A DNA stretch of 64,000 nucleotides. Origin: Candidatus Multivoradales bacterium. Lineage in GTDB: Bacteria; Acidobacteriota; Thermoanaerobaculia; Multivoradales; Multivoraceae. Location of the stretch: contig CBDCWI010000002.1 of NCBI GenBank assembly GCA_965223325.1, positions 800,001 to 864,000 of the forward strand, written 5' to 3'. Under the pieces are notes generated by a model that worked only from the letters and a program-made list of their open reading frames with translations, was not told the origin of the DNA and made no database searches. The translations under genes and the position numbers were made by a program. Below are positions 38,783-48,812 of this stretch, piece by piece (within the stretch, counting starts at the first letter, position 1; the number at the start of each line of letters is the position of its first letter).

Positions 38783-39314
38783 ATGCTGGGTAGCGAGATC
38801 GTCAAGGAGCGCATGACCACCAGCAACGACGACGATATGGTCGTCTTCCTGATCGGCATGCGCATCAACCGTCTCTTGAAGGTTCACAAATGGCTGCCGG
38901 TCTCCCTGAGCGATGAGTCGCATGCTCGAGGAGCTGTATGAGCAGCCCGAACTTGGATTCATTCATCACGAGCAATGGTTCGGGCGCACCGCGATCCTGG
39001 TGCAGTACTGGCGCTCACTCGACCAACTGATGGCCTATGCCCGCATGCGCGACGCTCAACACTTGCCGGCCTGGGCAGACTTCAACCGCAGAGTCGGTTC
39101 GAACGGTGATGTCGGGATCTGGCACGAGACCTACGCCGTCTCCGCAACGGCCTATGAGTCGGTCTACAACAACATGCCGCCCTTCGGGCTCGGAAAGGCT
39201 CTGGGACTGGTGAGCGCCTCCGCTCGGCGCATGAGTGCTCGCGGGCGTCTCGCTCAGTCAGACGGTCGCGACGACCCGTTCACACAACAGCCGCGAGAGG
39301 AGATCGCGAGTTGA
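38783..39314 (+). pseudogene. DUF4188-family protein split by a +1 frameshift near 38909
   Basis: Frame from ATG 38783 gives [23 protein letters not shown] and stops at 38941. The +1 frame continues AMSRMLEEL...VQYWRS...GIWHETY...YNNMPPFGL. Confidence 0.8.
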
Positions 39315-40453
39315 CCGCGCCCGAGGCCACTCGCCTCGAGCACCTCCGCGACCTCGCAGAGCGGGCCGACCGGGACGCCGATCGCGTCGAAGCAGAATCC
39401 TGCTTGCCCGACGAGCTGGTCGCCGACCTCGCACGCACCGGCGCCTTCCGGCGCTGGGTGCCGCCGCGCCTTGGTGGCGGCGGAGCCTCGCTCGAAGAGG
39501 GCCTGGAGGAGATGGAGCTGCTCTCTCGAAGAGATGGGGCACTCGGTTGGATGGCGATGATCGGTTCGACCACCTCGGTGCTTTCGGGCTACCTCGAAGA
39601 GGCGGTGGCCGAGGAGATCTGGTCCGACCCAGAGGTGCTGGTGTGCGGCGTCACCATGCCATCGGGGACGGCCAGAGTCGACGGCGACTCCCTGGTCGCG
39701 AGCGGTCGCTGGAGCTGGGGCAGTGGTACCCGCTACGCCGGCTGGATCGGCGGCGGCTGCATGGTCGACCTGGGAGAGAGGAAGGAACCCTGGTTCGTTG
39801 TCTTCGAGCGCAACCAGGTCGTCCTCCACGACGACTGGGACGCCGCAGGACTTCGCGGCACCGCCAGTGTCACCTTCGAGGTCAACGATGCCCGCGTACC
39901 AAAGCAACGCCACGTGCATCTCGGGGTGACCGAGCCCTGGGCCGACGGAGCGATCTACCGCGTGCCGATGTGGGGGCTTCTAGCGCTTGGGGTGGCTGCC
40001 GTTGCGCTAGGTCTCGGGCGCCGAGCGATCGATGAGCTCTTAGCGATCGCCGAGGGAAAGCGCTACGCCAGCACCAGGAGAACCCTCGCCCGGCGCGCCA
40101 CGGTGCAGGCCGAGGTCGGGCGCTGTGACGCCGCCATGCAGGCCGCGCGCGCTCTCCTCTACGCCGCCGCGAAGGGGCCGGAGGAGCGCCTCGGGAGCAG
40201 CGCGGCGGCGCTTTCGATCGAACATCGACGGCGCATGCGTCTGGCGGCAACCCACGCCACCCGTGCCGCCCTCTCTACCGCCCAAACGATGTTCGATCTC
40301 GCCGGTGGCACCGCCGTACACAAGAAGAGCCCCCTGCAGCGTGTCCTGCGCGACGTAACCGTCGCTGCGCAGCACCAGAGCGTCGCGCTGCGCAACTTCG
40401 AGCTCACCGGCCGCATTCTGCTCGGACTGAAAACCGACACCACCCTTCTGTAA
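39311..40453 (+). CDS. Acyl-CoA-dehydrogenase-fold flavin-dependent monooxygenase (HsaA-like)
   Basis: SGRWSWGSG, DDWDAAGLRGTAS and LQRVLRD...AAQH. TTG start overlaps the upstream stop. Confidence 0.85.
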   Translation: MTAPEATRLEHLRDLAERADRDADRVEAESCLPDELVADLARTGAFRRWVPPRLGGGGASLEEGLEEMELLSRRDGALGWMAMIGSTTSVLSGYLEEAVAEEIWSDPEVLVCGVTMPSGTARVDGDSLVASGRWSWGSGTRYAGWIGGGCMVDLGERKEPWFVVFERNQVVLHDDWDAAGLRGTASVTFEVNDARVPKQRHVHLGVTEPWADGAIYRVPMWGLLALGVAAVALGLGRRAIDELLAIAEGKRYASTRRTLARRATVQAEVGRCDAAMQAARALLYAAAKGPEERLGSSAAALSIEHRRRMRLAATHATRAALSTAQTMFDLAGGTAVHKKSPLQRVLRDVTVAAQHQSVALRNFELTGRILLGLKTDTTLL

Positions 40454-40473
40454 AGCATCGGGGAAAAGACCAT

Positions 40474-41127
40474 ATGGACATCTACGACGCCATGAGCACG
40501 CAACGCGCGGTGCGCAAGCTGCGCCCCGATCCCATCCCCGACGACGTTTTGGAGCGAGTCCTCAAAGCTGCGACCTGGGCGCCCACCGGCGGCAATCTGC
40601 AGCCATGGAGAATCGTGGTGGTCGACGACGCCCAACAGAAAGAACGCCTACGCGATCTTTACGCGCCGCAATGGAAAAACTTCGCTCTGATCTACCGGCG
40701 TCGTTTCGCGCACCTGGAGAGTGAGGAGCGTGACGCTGCGGAGCGCACGCTCGCGGCCGGCGACTACCTGGCCGAGAACATGGGCCGTGCACCGGTTGTG
40801 TTGGTGTTTTGTTTCAACCCCGACTGGATGGCGATCACCGACGCCGAGCAGAACCGCGTTTCGGTGGTCGGGGGCGCCTCGATCTACCCTGCGGTGCAGA
40901 ACACACTTCTCGCCTGCCGCTGCGAGGGCCTGGGTTGTGTGCTGACAACCCTGCACTGCCAACGTGAGCCCGAAGTCAGAGAGACATTGGCGCTTCCCGA
41001 AGGCTGGTACATAGCCGCCACCGTGCCGGTCGGTTACCCGGTAGCGCGCGGCCACGGCCCCATTTCGCGCAAGAGCGTGGCTGAACTGACCTTCAGGAAT
41101 CGCTGGCCTGAATCGGCCTCGGACTGA
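40474..41127 (+). CDS. Nitroreductase family protein
   Basis: QRAVRKLRPDPIP, WAPTGGNLQPW, AVQNTLLA and VGYP. Confidence 0.9.
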   Translation: MDIYDAMSTQRAVRKLRPDPIPDDVLERVLKAATWAPTGGNLQPWRIVVVDDAQQKERLRDLYAPQWKNFALIYRRRFAHLESEERDAAERTLAAGDYLAENMGRAPVVLVFCFNPDWMAITDAEQNRVSVVGGASIYPAVQNTLLACRCEGLGCVLTTLHCQREPEVRETLALPEGWYIAATVPVGYPVARGHGPISRKSVAELTFRNRWPESASD

Positions 41128-41165
41128 CCTCGCATCAACAGCGCAAGTCACCTGGAGCCGAGAGG

Positions 41166-43946
41166 TCACCCCTCCGGCGTCCACTCCGCAGCCACCTTGA
41201 CGCGTGGGAAGTCCGGCAGGTGGCGGATCGAATCGAAGCGCGGGTCGAGTTCCAGGTACTGGCGGGAGACCGGTGACGGGTCCTCGAGCAGGCGCTCAAT
41301 GATGGCAACCGCTTCCTCTCCGTCACCGAGGCGCGCCAGGACGGCGATCCGCTGGCGATCCATCCACGCTCGCACCGTGATGTCGGCCTCGTTCGTCATC
41401 CGTTGATCGAGCTTCTCGAGCCACCCAAGCGCTTCCTTCTCACGGTCGAGGTGGGCAGCGGCAAGCGCCGCGCTCACCATATAGCGAGCATCATCCGGTG
41501 CCCTCCGCGCCTTGGCGGTGAGGGTTCGAAGAGAGCGCTCGAAAGACGCTCTGGCTTCGCCCTCGTCGCCCTTCTCGGCCACCGTGATCAGGCCCTCAAC
41601 GAGATCACGCGGGAAGTAACGCACATCGATCTCCCAGGCCCCTTCGGCGATTTCGTCGAGGGTGCTGCGCGCCATCGCGAAGTTGCGGTCGAGGTAGTAG
41701 TACCAGACGATCTGGTAGGCAAAGACATCGGGGACGCCGCCCGGAAAGCCCAGCAGTCGCGCTCTCGCACGGTCGGTGTCGCCGCAGCAGTGGACCTCGA
41801 GCTCGGCCAGGTAGGCGTGGGCGTAGCCATCGGCTGGTCGCATCTCGAGCAGCAGTTCGAAATACTCCCGCGCTCTGTCCCAGGACCGCAGGTAGAAGTT
41901 GTAGCGCGCCGGGGCCTCGGACCACACGTCGCCCACGGGCCCGAGCCCGAGTGCGCGCTCGGCGCTGTCGCGCGCCTCCTCGTAGCGGTGGGTGTGCCAA
42001 AGGAAAGCCGCATAGGCAGCGTGGCCGCGCGGATCGGGAGCGAGCGTCAGGGCACGCTGATAGTACTCGTCTGCCAGATCGGGCATTTGTGCCGCGCGAA
42101 AGTACTGACCACGCGTGAGGTTGGCCATACCGTGGTCAGGCGCCAGCTCGAGGGCGCGTTCGGTGAGTTCCGCCGCACGCTCGAGCCTGGCCTCGTCAAG
42201 GTCATCGCGATAGATCAACAATTCCGTTCCAGCGACGTAACACATCGCCTCGACGAACTCTGGGTCGCGATCGAGCGCCTGTTGGAACATCTCGAGCGCC
42301 GCCATCCGCCGAGAACGCAGGGGGTCGGTCAGGCTGTCGGTGTTCTCGAGCTCGAGGCCCTTGAGAAAGTAGCGGTAAGCCTCGAAGTCACGCGTTGGAA
42401 CCCGTGCCAGGGAGCGTTCGGAAAGCTCGCCGAGCGAGAGCTCTAAAGCATCGGCCACTGAGCGCGCGATCCTGGTTTCCGCTGTTGCAGCGTCTTCGAC
42501 CGCCAGCACAATGGTGTCGTGCCAGACCTGGCCACCGTCGACCACCGCGACTAAACGCGGTTCGATGCGCACCTCACTAAGGCGGTCGTCGCTCACCGTC
42601 CATTCGACATGACCCTGGAGGGTGTAGTCGACGCTGTGCCGGCGCGCGACCTCGTGGTTGGACACCGGGGCGTCGGCTGGAACCAGACTCCAGAGCAGGG
42701 TCATCTCCTGAACTTGCGACAGCCGGACCTCGAGTTCGTCCGAGAGACCTCTCGTTAAGTCGAGGAGGGAATCGGGACCCTCATGGGTGAACGGCATGAC
42801 GGCAACCCGTGGTTTAGGGGCCGGCGGCGGAGCGGTTTGACGCTCGAGGCCCCACCAGGTCACCAGGCCGAGGAGCAGCACCGCCGTCGCTGCCGCCAGC
42901 CAGGTCCAACGACGCCGCGGTGCCTGGGTGGCCTCGAAGGCGCGCAGGTAGGCATCGGAGAGGTCCAACTGGTGAAGCCGCACCAGCTCTTCCTTGACTT
43001 CCGAGGCGCTTCGGTAGCGATCACCGGGTTTCTTGGCCAGACAACGATGAATGATGCGCGCCAGCTCCGGTGAAACGTCATCACGCAGGGAACGCACCGG
43101 TACCGGCTCGTCTTCCTGCACCGCACGCATGACCTCGGGGCCGCTGTCGCCCTCGAAGGGACGTTGGCCGGTTGCCATCTCATACAAGAGGACACCGAGC
43201 GAGAAGACGTCCGACGTCGCATCGACTTTCTCGCCACGCATCTGCTCAGGCGAACCGTACGCGACGGTGCCGACGACGTTGCCGGTGCGCGTCAGGGAGA
43301 AGTCGGCGCTGCTATCGGTGAGGCCGTGCGCGGTGCCACTCTCACCCTCATCGGACCACTTGGCAAGACCGAAATCGAGAACTTTGATCGCCCCCGACTC
43401 ACTGACCATGATGTTTGCTGGTTTGAGGTCACGGTGAGTGATCCCTGCCGCGTGGGCGGCACCCACCGCGTCGGTCAGCGGGATGGCGTAGTCGAGCAGC
43501 TGACGAATCGCCAGCCCGCCCTCGCCGATGACCGCCGCCAGCGACGTTCCATTGACCAACTCGATGGTCAAGAACGGCCGGCCCTCGTCTTCCTCGACCG
43601 AGTACAGAGTGACGATGTGAGGATGGTTGAGAGCGGCGACTGCGCGGGCCTCACGCTTCAAGCGACGGCGGCGCTCGGGGTCGGAGCCGAAGTCCTCCGG
43701 CAGCACCTTGACGGCCACCCGACGGTCGAGTGACGGATCGACCGCTTCGTAGACCGCTCCCATGCCACCACGGCCGAGTTCGCGCAGGATGCGGTAGCGC
43801 CCCATCGTCTCGAGACGGTGGGGGGAGGGAAAGGACTGTGCGAAAGACAGGGCGCTGCCTGCTTCGAGCGGCGCTTCCCCGATTCCCGCGTCGCTCGAAA
43901 GTTCTGCCTGGCTGGCTGCCGGAGGCCTGGGCCTCTTGTTGGGCAT
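41166..43946 (-). CDS. Hanks-type Ser/Thr protein kinase with TM segment, TolB-N-like domain and TPRs
   Basis: LGRGGMGAVY, VAVK, HRDLKPAN, DFG, SPEQ and DVFSLG. TM segment, then VAVMPF domain and TPR helices. Start uncertain. Confidence 0.92.
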   Translation of the reverse strand: MPNKRPRPPAASQAELSSDAGIGEAPLEAGSALSFAQSFPSPHRLETMGRYRILRELGRGGMGAVYEAVDPSLDRRVAVKVLPEDFGSDPERRRRLKREARAVAALNHPHIVTLYSVEEDEGRPFLTIELVNGTSLAAVIGEGGLAIRQLLDYAIPLTDAVGAAHAAGITHRDLKPANIMVSESGAIKVLDFGLAKWSDEGESGTAHGLTDSSADFSLTRTGNVVGTVAYGSPEQMRGEKVDATSDVFSLGVLLYEMATGQRPFEGDSGPEVMRAVQEDEPVPVRSLRDDVSPELARIIHRCLAKKPGDRYRSASEVKEELVRLHQLDLSDAYLRAFEATQAPRRRWTWLAAATAVLLLGLVTWWGLERQTAPPPAPKPRVAVMPFTHEGPDSLLDLTRGLSDELEVRLSQVQEMTLLWSLVPADAPVSNHEVARRHSVDYTLQGHVEWTVSDDRLSEVRIEPRLVAVVDGGQVWHDTIVLAVEDAATAETRIARSVADALELSLGELSERSLARVPTRDFEAYRYFLKGLELENTDSLTDPLRSRRMAALEMFQQALDRDPEFVEAMCYVAGTELLIYRDDLDEARLERAAELTERALELAPDHGMANLTRGQYFRAAQMPDLADEYYQRALTLAPDPRGHAAYAAFLWHTHRYEEARDSAERALGLGPVGDVWSEAPARYNFYLRSWDRAREYFELLLEMRPADGYAHAYLAELEVHCCGDTDRARARLLGFPGGVPDVFAYQIVWYYYLDRNFAMARSTLDEIAEGAWEIDVRYFPRDLVEGLITVAEKGDEGEARASFERSLRTLTAKARRAPDDARYMVSAALAAAHLDREKEALGWLEKLDQRMTNEADITVRAWMDRQRIAVLARLGDGEEAVAIIERLLEDPSPVSRQYLELDPRFDSIRHLPDFPRVKVAAEWTPEG

Positions 43947-44067
43947 CGACCCGTATTGTACCGGCCCCGGTTCCGGTATCGTCGCTTTCAAGTCACCGTC
44001 CTTCGCATCGACCACAATCGATCCAGCGGATCGAGAGGCCTGCGCACGCTTTTTGGGGGTTTCACCT

Positions 44068-44952
44068 ATGTACCGAATTCGTCGATTCCGTTGCCCAGAC
44101 TCGCTTCGAAACCTCGTTTTGATCACCACCAGCGCGACAGTGATCGCGTTCAGCGCGAATGCCCTCGAGGCCCAAATCGCCACTGTCGACCCTCCCTATT
44201 CCGGTCCCGACCGCATTGAAGAGTGGACCGGGAAGCGCATTCTGGTCGTCACGCCGCATCCCGACGACGAGACCTTTACGTCGGGCGGCCTCTTGGCGCT
44301 TCTGGCAAGGCAGCAGAACGAGATCTCGGTGGTCGTCTACACCAGCGACAACGCCGGATCCCGCGACCCGACCATGACCCACGAGCGACTCGCCGCGATT
44401 CGCAAAGCCGAGGAAGAGGAGGCCTGTCGCCTGCTCGGCATTCCAGAGGAGAACCTCACGTGGCTCGGCCACGACGACGGCATGCTCGAGTACGTCGACG
44501 CTCGGACGCTGACTCGCCAGGTAGCGCGCGAGATTCGCCGCGTACGACCGCACCTCGTTCTGTCGGTCGACCCCGGGGCGCCTTATGAGCAGTACCACAA
44601 GAGCGACCATCGGGCGGCCGCGTTCATCACCGTCGACGCGATTCGCGCCGCGCGCTGGCGCCTCTACTTCCCGGAGCTCGAAGCTGCCGGCTACAAGGCA
44701 TGGAATGTTCCGCTGGTGTTGTTCTACTACTCGGCGAACCCCAACTACACCGTCGACATCACCGAGGTGGCGGAGACCAAGGCCAAGGCGGCGGCAGCGC
44801 ACACCAGTCAGTTCGATCCACTGGTCGATCACTACGATCCCGCCAAGATCACCGACGAGCACAAACGAAAGCTCGCCGCGTCACTGGCCGCCCGCCAAGC
44901 GCGCGAGAACGGCCGGGTGGTCGAGCGCTTCCGCCGCTCGACGGACTATTGA
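44068..44952 (+). CDS. PIG-L family deacetylase, probably exported
   Basis: PHPDDE, R..EEEEA and HKSDH motifs. Signal-like N-terminus. Confidence 0.88.
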   Translation: MYRIRRFRCPDSLRNLVLITTSATVIAFSANALEAQIATVDPPYSGPDRIEEWTGKRILVVTPHPDDETFTSGGLLALLARQQNEISVVVYTSDNAGSRDPTMTHERLAAIRKAEEEEACRLLGIPEENLTWLGHDDGMLEYVDARTLTRQVAREIRRVRPHLVLSVDPGAPYEQYHKSDHRAAAFITVDAIRAARWRLYFPELEAAGYKAWNVPLVLFYYSANPNYTVDITEVAETKAKAAAAHTSQFDPLVDHYDPAKITDEHKRKLAASLAARQARENGRVVERFRRSTDY

Positions 44953-47900
44953 AGAACGGTCCTCGAACCCCCCGCTCGTCGACGCCCGGAGGAGCGCTGC
45001 CTGCGAAAACACCGTCTCGGGCAACCCTGCTCATCGCACTGTCGCAAGTCGCTCTTTCGGTCTTCCTTTCGCCAACCCTGGGCGCACAAGCCAGCAACGA
45101 CCACCAGATCGCGCCTGGCTATCGACTCGAGCTCGCGGCCCAGGAACCGCTGGTGCTCGACCCGGTCGATCTGGTCTTCGACGCCCGGGGTCGTGCCTTC
45201 GTCCTCGAAATGGCCGGCTACCCCATCGCTCGAGATAGCGAGCGCCTGGGTCGAATCGTCATCCTCGACGACGACGATGGCGACGGTCGCTTCGACCGTC
45301 GCACCGTGTTCGCCGATGACCTTCGTCAGCCCGACTCGATCGCTCCGTGGCACGACGGCATCCTCGTCGCCGACGCACCGTCCGTGGTCTGGCTGGTGGA
45401 CGAGGACGGTGACGATCGCGCCGAGTCGCGCCTCGAGGTCCTCCGGGGTTTCGCGGTCGGGCCCAGTGAAAGCAACGTCAACGGGTTGGTGTTCGGTCCC
45501 GACAACCAACTCCACATCGCCAACGGTTCGAGCGGCGGCCTGGTGCAGCTGGGGCGCGACGTCGAGTCGTCCGCGAGTGCGTCACCCGTCGACATACGAG
45601 GTCGCGACCTGCGCCTCCACTTCGTGCCCGAGTCGCGCCAGGCGTCCTTCGAACTCACCAACCCCACCGCCGACGGCTACGGCATCGCCTTCGACGACTG
45701 GGGCGAGCGGTTTCTCAACCACGCTCAGAAACACATCCAATGGGTTGCAACCGAGGCCTGGCAGGTCGCACCGGCACCTTCACCCGCACCGCGCGAGATC
45801 TCCGATCACGGCACCGGGGCTTCGACCCGGGTGTTTCCCGTGCGCGCCACCGGCGAACGCCCGAACCATCCAGAGCAAGCCGGAAGGATGACAGCCGCCA
45901 GCGGCCTCACCCACTACGGTGGCGACGCCCTCCCCGAGCTTGCCGGCCAGTTCTGGAGTGGCGAGCCGGTCTATGGGGTCGTACACCGCGACCTCGTCGA
46001 ACGGCGAGGCTCGGGACTCACTGCCCGGCGCGGCGAACACCAGAGCGAGTTTCTGGCGTTCGTCGACCCACGGGCACGACCGGTCCACTTCGCCACCGGC
46101 CCCGACGGCAACCTGTGGGTGGTCGACATGCGCCGCGAGATCATCGAACACCCCGAGTGGATTCCCGAAGAAATGCTCGCTGGCCAGAATGTCCGCGCCG
46201 GAAACGACGAGGGGCGCATCTACCGAGTCGCCCGGGCTGACGGAGAGCGCCCCCGACCGCGACCGAGAAACCTCGCTGCCCTGCCCATTGGCGAGCTCGT
46301 GCGTGAACTCGAGAGCACCAACCAGTGGCGTCGCGACACCGCACGCCGGCTGCTGGTCGAGCGTTCAAAGACCGACGCCGTAGACGAGATCGTACGCCTC
46401 ACCAGGGAGGCCCACGACCCACGCGCCCGCTTGACGGCTCGCTGGACTCTCGACGGCCTCGGCTATCAGTTGCCCTGGGAGACCGGCCTCCTAGACCGCC
46501 ATTCGCGGGTGCGCATCAACGCCTATCGCCGCCTTGCCGAGCGCCTGGGCTCCGAGAGGTACTCGATCGATCGCGAGGACGCGGACCGACTCGCCCGAAG
46601 GGCCAGAGGGAGCATCGCCAGCGACGTGCCGGCAGTCGCCGTGCAAGCCATGCTGGCGCTCGAGCCGCTGCGCGCCGCCGCCGAGCTGACCGAACTCTCG
46701 CGGGCCAGCCTGGATACGATTCTGCAGGCGGCTTCGCGTTACCCTGACGATAGAGGCATCATCGCTGCCGCAGTCGCCGCCACCCGCCACGCTCCCCTGG
46801 CCTTCTTCGAGCACCTGGCGAGCGAGCTCGATCACCCTCATCGGGTCCCGCCAGCGCTCTTCGAAGAGACCGCGGTCACCCTCGGCCGCAGCGGTTCCGC
46901 GTCGAGTGTCGAAGGCTTGCTGGCGACCCTGCGGGAGCTCGACACCCAGGGCGAGGCGCGGGCACTCATCAATCGCACCCTCGTCGGCCTCGCGCGGGGC
47001 CAGAGCCAGCGTTCCGAAAAAGGGGCACCGCCGCCTTCGCTGGCACACTTCCTGGCTTCACAAGAGCCGACGACACAGGCCCTCGCATGGCAGGTGGCGG
47101 CGCACACCGGGGTCCCCGCCACCATCGACCTCGCCGCCGAGCGTCGGGCGGCTCTTCAGGTGCTCGAGCGTGAGCAGAATGGCAAGGGCGACGCGATCCC
47201 CGTCCGCCTGGTGGCGATCAAGCGCCTCGGTGCGATCTACCGGCTGTCGAAGGATGCCTCTCTGCCCAGCGAGACCCTCCTGGCCGGCCTCGATCCCTGG
47301 GCGCCGAAAGACCTGCAGAACGCGACCTTCGACGTTCTCCTTGGCATCGATCGCCGCGGCACACCAATGGCTGCTCCCCTCTTGGAGCGTTGGTCTTCGC
47401 TCTCACCGGTCGTGCGCGAGCGTGCCGCAACCCTTCTGGTGTGGAGCAAGCACAACCACGACGCCTTGCTCAGCGCGCTCGAAGAAGGGCAGGTGTCGAT
47501 CGGCCAGCTGCAACTCGACCTCGAACGCCGGCGCTCCTTCTTGCGCTGGAGCACACCCGAGATCGCGCGGCGGGCAAAGCGCTTCTTCGATGACCGGGTC
47601 GTGGTCACGCGTCGAGAGGCACTCGCCAAGGCGCGACCAGCTCTGGCGATGGCGGGCAACGAGGAACGCGGGCGCCAACACTTCTCCGAGTTGTGCGCCC
47701 GTTGTCACCGGCTGGCCGGAGAGGGATCCGCCATAGGGCCAGACCTCGACGACGCCAGTCGGAAGAGCAGCGCCGCCCTTCTCCACGACATCGTCGACCC
47801 CAACGCCGGCGTCTCGCCCGAGTACCTCGCCTACGACGTCACCACCACGAACGGTGAGCTGGTCAGCGGATTGCTCGAGAACCAGGACGAGGCGATCATC

Positions 47901-48056
47901 GTTCGGACGGCGGATGGCAAAGAGCGGCGGATAGAGCGCGTAGACATCGAAGAGGTCTACTCGAGCGGCCTTTCGCTGATGCCTGAAGAACTCGAGTCCG
48001 GTCTCGATCATCAGCAGCTCGCTGACCTCCTGGCATGGCTCAAGCAGAACCACTAG
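44949..48056 (+). CDS. PVC-type membrane-bound dehydrogenase-like protein with C-terminal c-type heme (CxxCH)
   Basis: Beta-propeller N-terminus (AQEPLVLDPV, DDDGDGRFD, FDDWG, GPDG), HEAT-like middle, CARCH...IGPDL...SLMPE. TTG start overlaps the previous stop. Confidence 0.85.
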   Translation: MKNGPRTPRSSTPGGALPAKTPSRATLLIALSQVALSVFLSPTLGAQASNDHQIAPGYRLELAAQEPLVLDPVDLVFDARGRAFVLEMAGYPIARDSERLGRIVILDDDDGDGRFDRRTVFADDLRQPDSIAPWHDGILVADAPSVVWLVDEDGDDRAESRLEVLRGFAVGPSESNVNGLVFGPDNQLHIANGSSGGLVQLGRDVESSASASPVDIRGRDLRLHFVPESRQASFELTNPTADGYGIAFDDWGERFLNHAQKHIQWVATEAWQVAPAPSPAPREISDHGTGASTRVFPVRATGERPNHPEQAGRMTAASGLTHYGGDALPELAGQFWSGEPVYGVVHRDLVERRGSGLTARRGEHQSEFLAFVDPRARPVHFATGPDGNLWVVDMRREIIEHPEWIPEEMLAGQNVRAGNDEGRIYRVARADGERPRPRPRNLAALPIGELVRELESTNQWRRDTARRLLVERSKTDAVDEIVRLTREAHDPRARLTARWTLDGLGYQLPWETGLLDRHSRVRINAYRRLAERLGSERYSIDREDADRLARRARGSIASDVPAVAVQAMLALEPLRAAAELTELSRASLDTILQAASRYPDDRGIIAAAVAATRHAPLAFFEHLASELDHPHRVPPALFEETAVTLGRSGSASSVEGLLATLRELDTQGEARALINRTLVGLARGQSQRSEKGAPPPSLAHFLASQEPTTQALAWQVAAHTGVPATIDLAAERRAALQVLEREQNGKGDAIPVRLVAIKRLGAIYRLSKDASLPSETLLAGLDPWAPKDLQNATFDVLLGIDRRGTPMAAPLLERWSSLSPVVRERAATLLVWSKHNHDALLSALEEGQVSIGQLQLDLERRRSFLRWSTPEIARRAKRFFDDRVVVTRREALAKARPALAMAGNEERGRQHFSELCARCHRLAGEGSAIGPDLDDASRKSSAALLHDIVDPNAGVSPEYLAYDVTTTNGELVSGLLENQDEAIIVRTADGKERRIERVDIEEVYSSGLSLMPEELESGLDHQQLADLLAWLKQNH

Positions 48057-48136
48057 CGGGCAGGATCTGGACCGCCAGTAAGATCACGTTCCTCCCCTGA
48101 CCGACAAACCAAGAAACACTGCCGGAGACGCCAACG

Positions 48137-48685
48137 ATGGGAAAGGTCTACCCGCACCTGGACGGCGCGCTGCAAGGCTTTATCGAGGACCAGCACATGT
48201 TCTTCGTCGCCAGCGCGCCGCTCGCCGCCGATGGACTGGTCAACCTCTCGCCTAAGGGACTCGACAGCTTCCGCGTTCTAACACCGTCGACGGTTGCCTT
48301 CCTCGACCTCGGCGGCAGCGGCATCGAGACCCTCGCCCACTGCAAGGAGAACGGCCGGATCGTGTTCCTTTTCTGCGCGTTCGAGGGACCACCTCGCATT
48401 CTCCGACTCTACGGCACGGGTGAAGCCATCGAGCCAGGGCACCCGGAATGGAACGCGCTGCTCGCGGAGTTCCCCGAGTACCCGCACCCGCGTTCAATCA
48501 TCCGCGCCGAGCTCACCCGCATCGCAGACTCCTGCGGCTTCGCCGTTCCGCTCTATGAGTACCAGAGCCAACGTGACCAGCTGGTGCGCTACAACCAGAC
48601 GCTCGGCGAAGAGGTGCTCGCCGAAAAGCGCAACGAGCACAACGCGACGAGCCTCGACGGCCTTCCCGGGCTCACCCCACGGTGA
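48137..48685 (+). CDS. Pyridoxamine 5'-phosphate oxidase-like FMN-binding protein
   Basis: FFVASAP, VNLSPKG, GSGIET, FCAFEGPPRILRLYG and DSCGFAVP. Confidence 0.88.
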   Translation: MGKVYPHLDGALQGFIEDQHMFFVASAPLAADGLVNLSPKGLDSFRVLTPSTVAFLDLGGSGIETLAHCKENGRIVFLFCAFEGPPRILRLYGTGEAIEPGHPEWNALLAEFPEYPHPRSIIRAELTRIADSCGFAVPLYEYQSQRDQLVRYNQTLGEEVLAEKRNEHNATSLDGLPGLTPR

Positions 48686-48812
48686 GAGGTCTCGGAGATC
48701 CCCGCTAGGCCGCGACCGTGACCACGATAGGCTGGAGATTCACCATCTGGAAGAAGCTCTCTTACGCACGTCATGCAGGAATGGCGCCTCGCGCCTCAGG
48801 GAAGGGAACACG

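Noticed and set aside
48690-48810. Glycine riboswitch
   Set aside because: Only loose GGAGA/GAAG/CTCAGG words, without the required stems.
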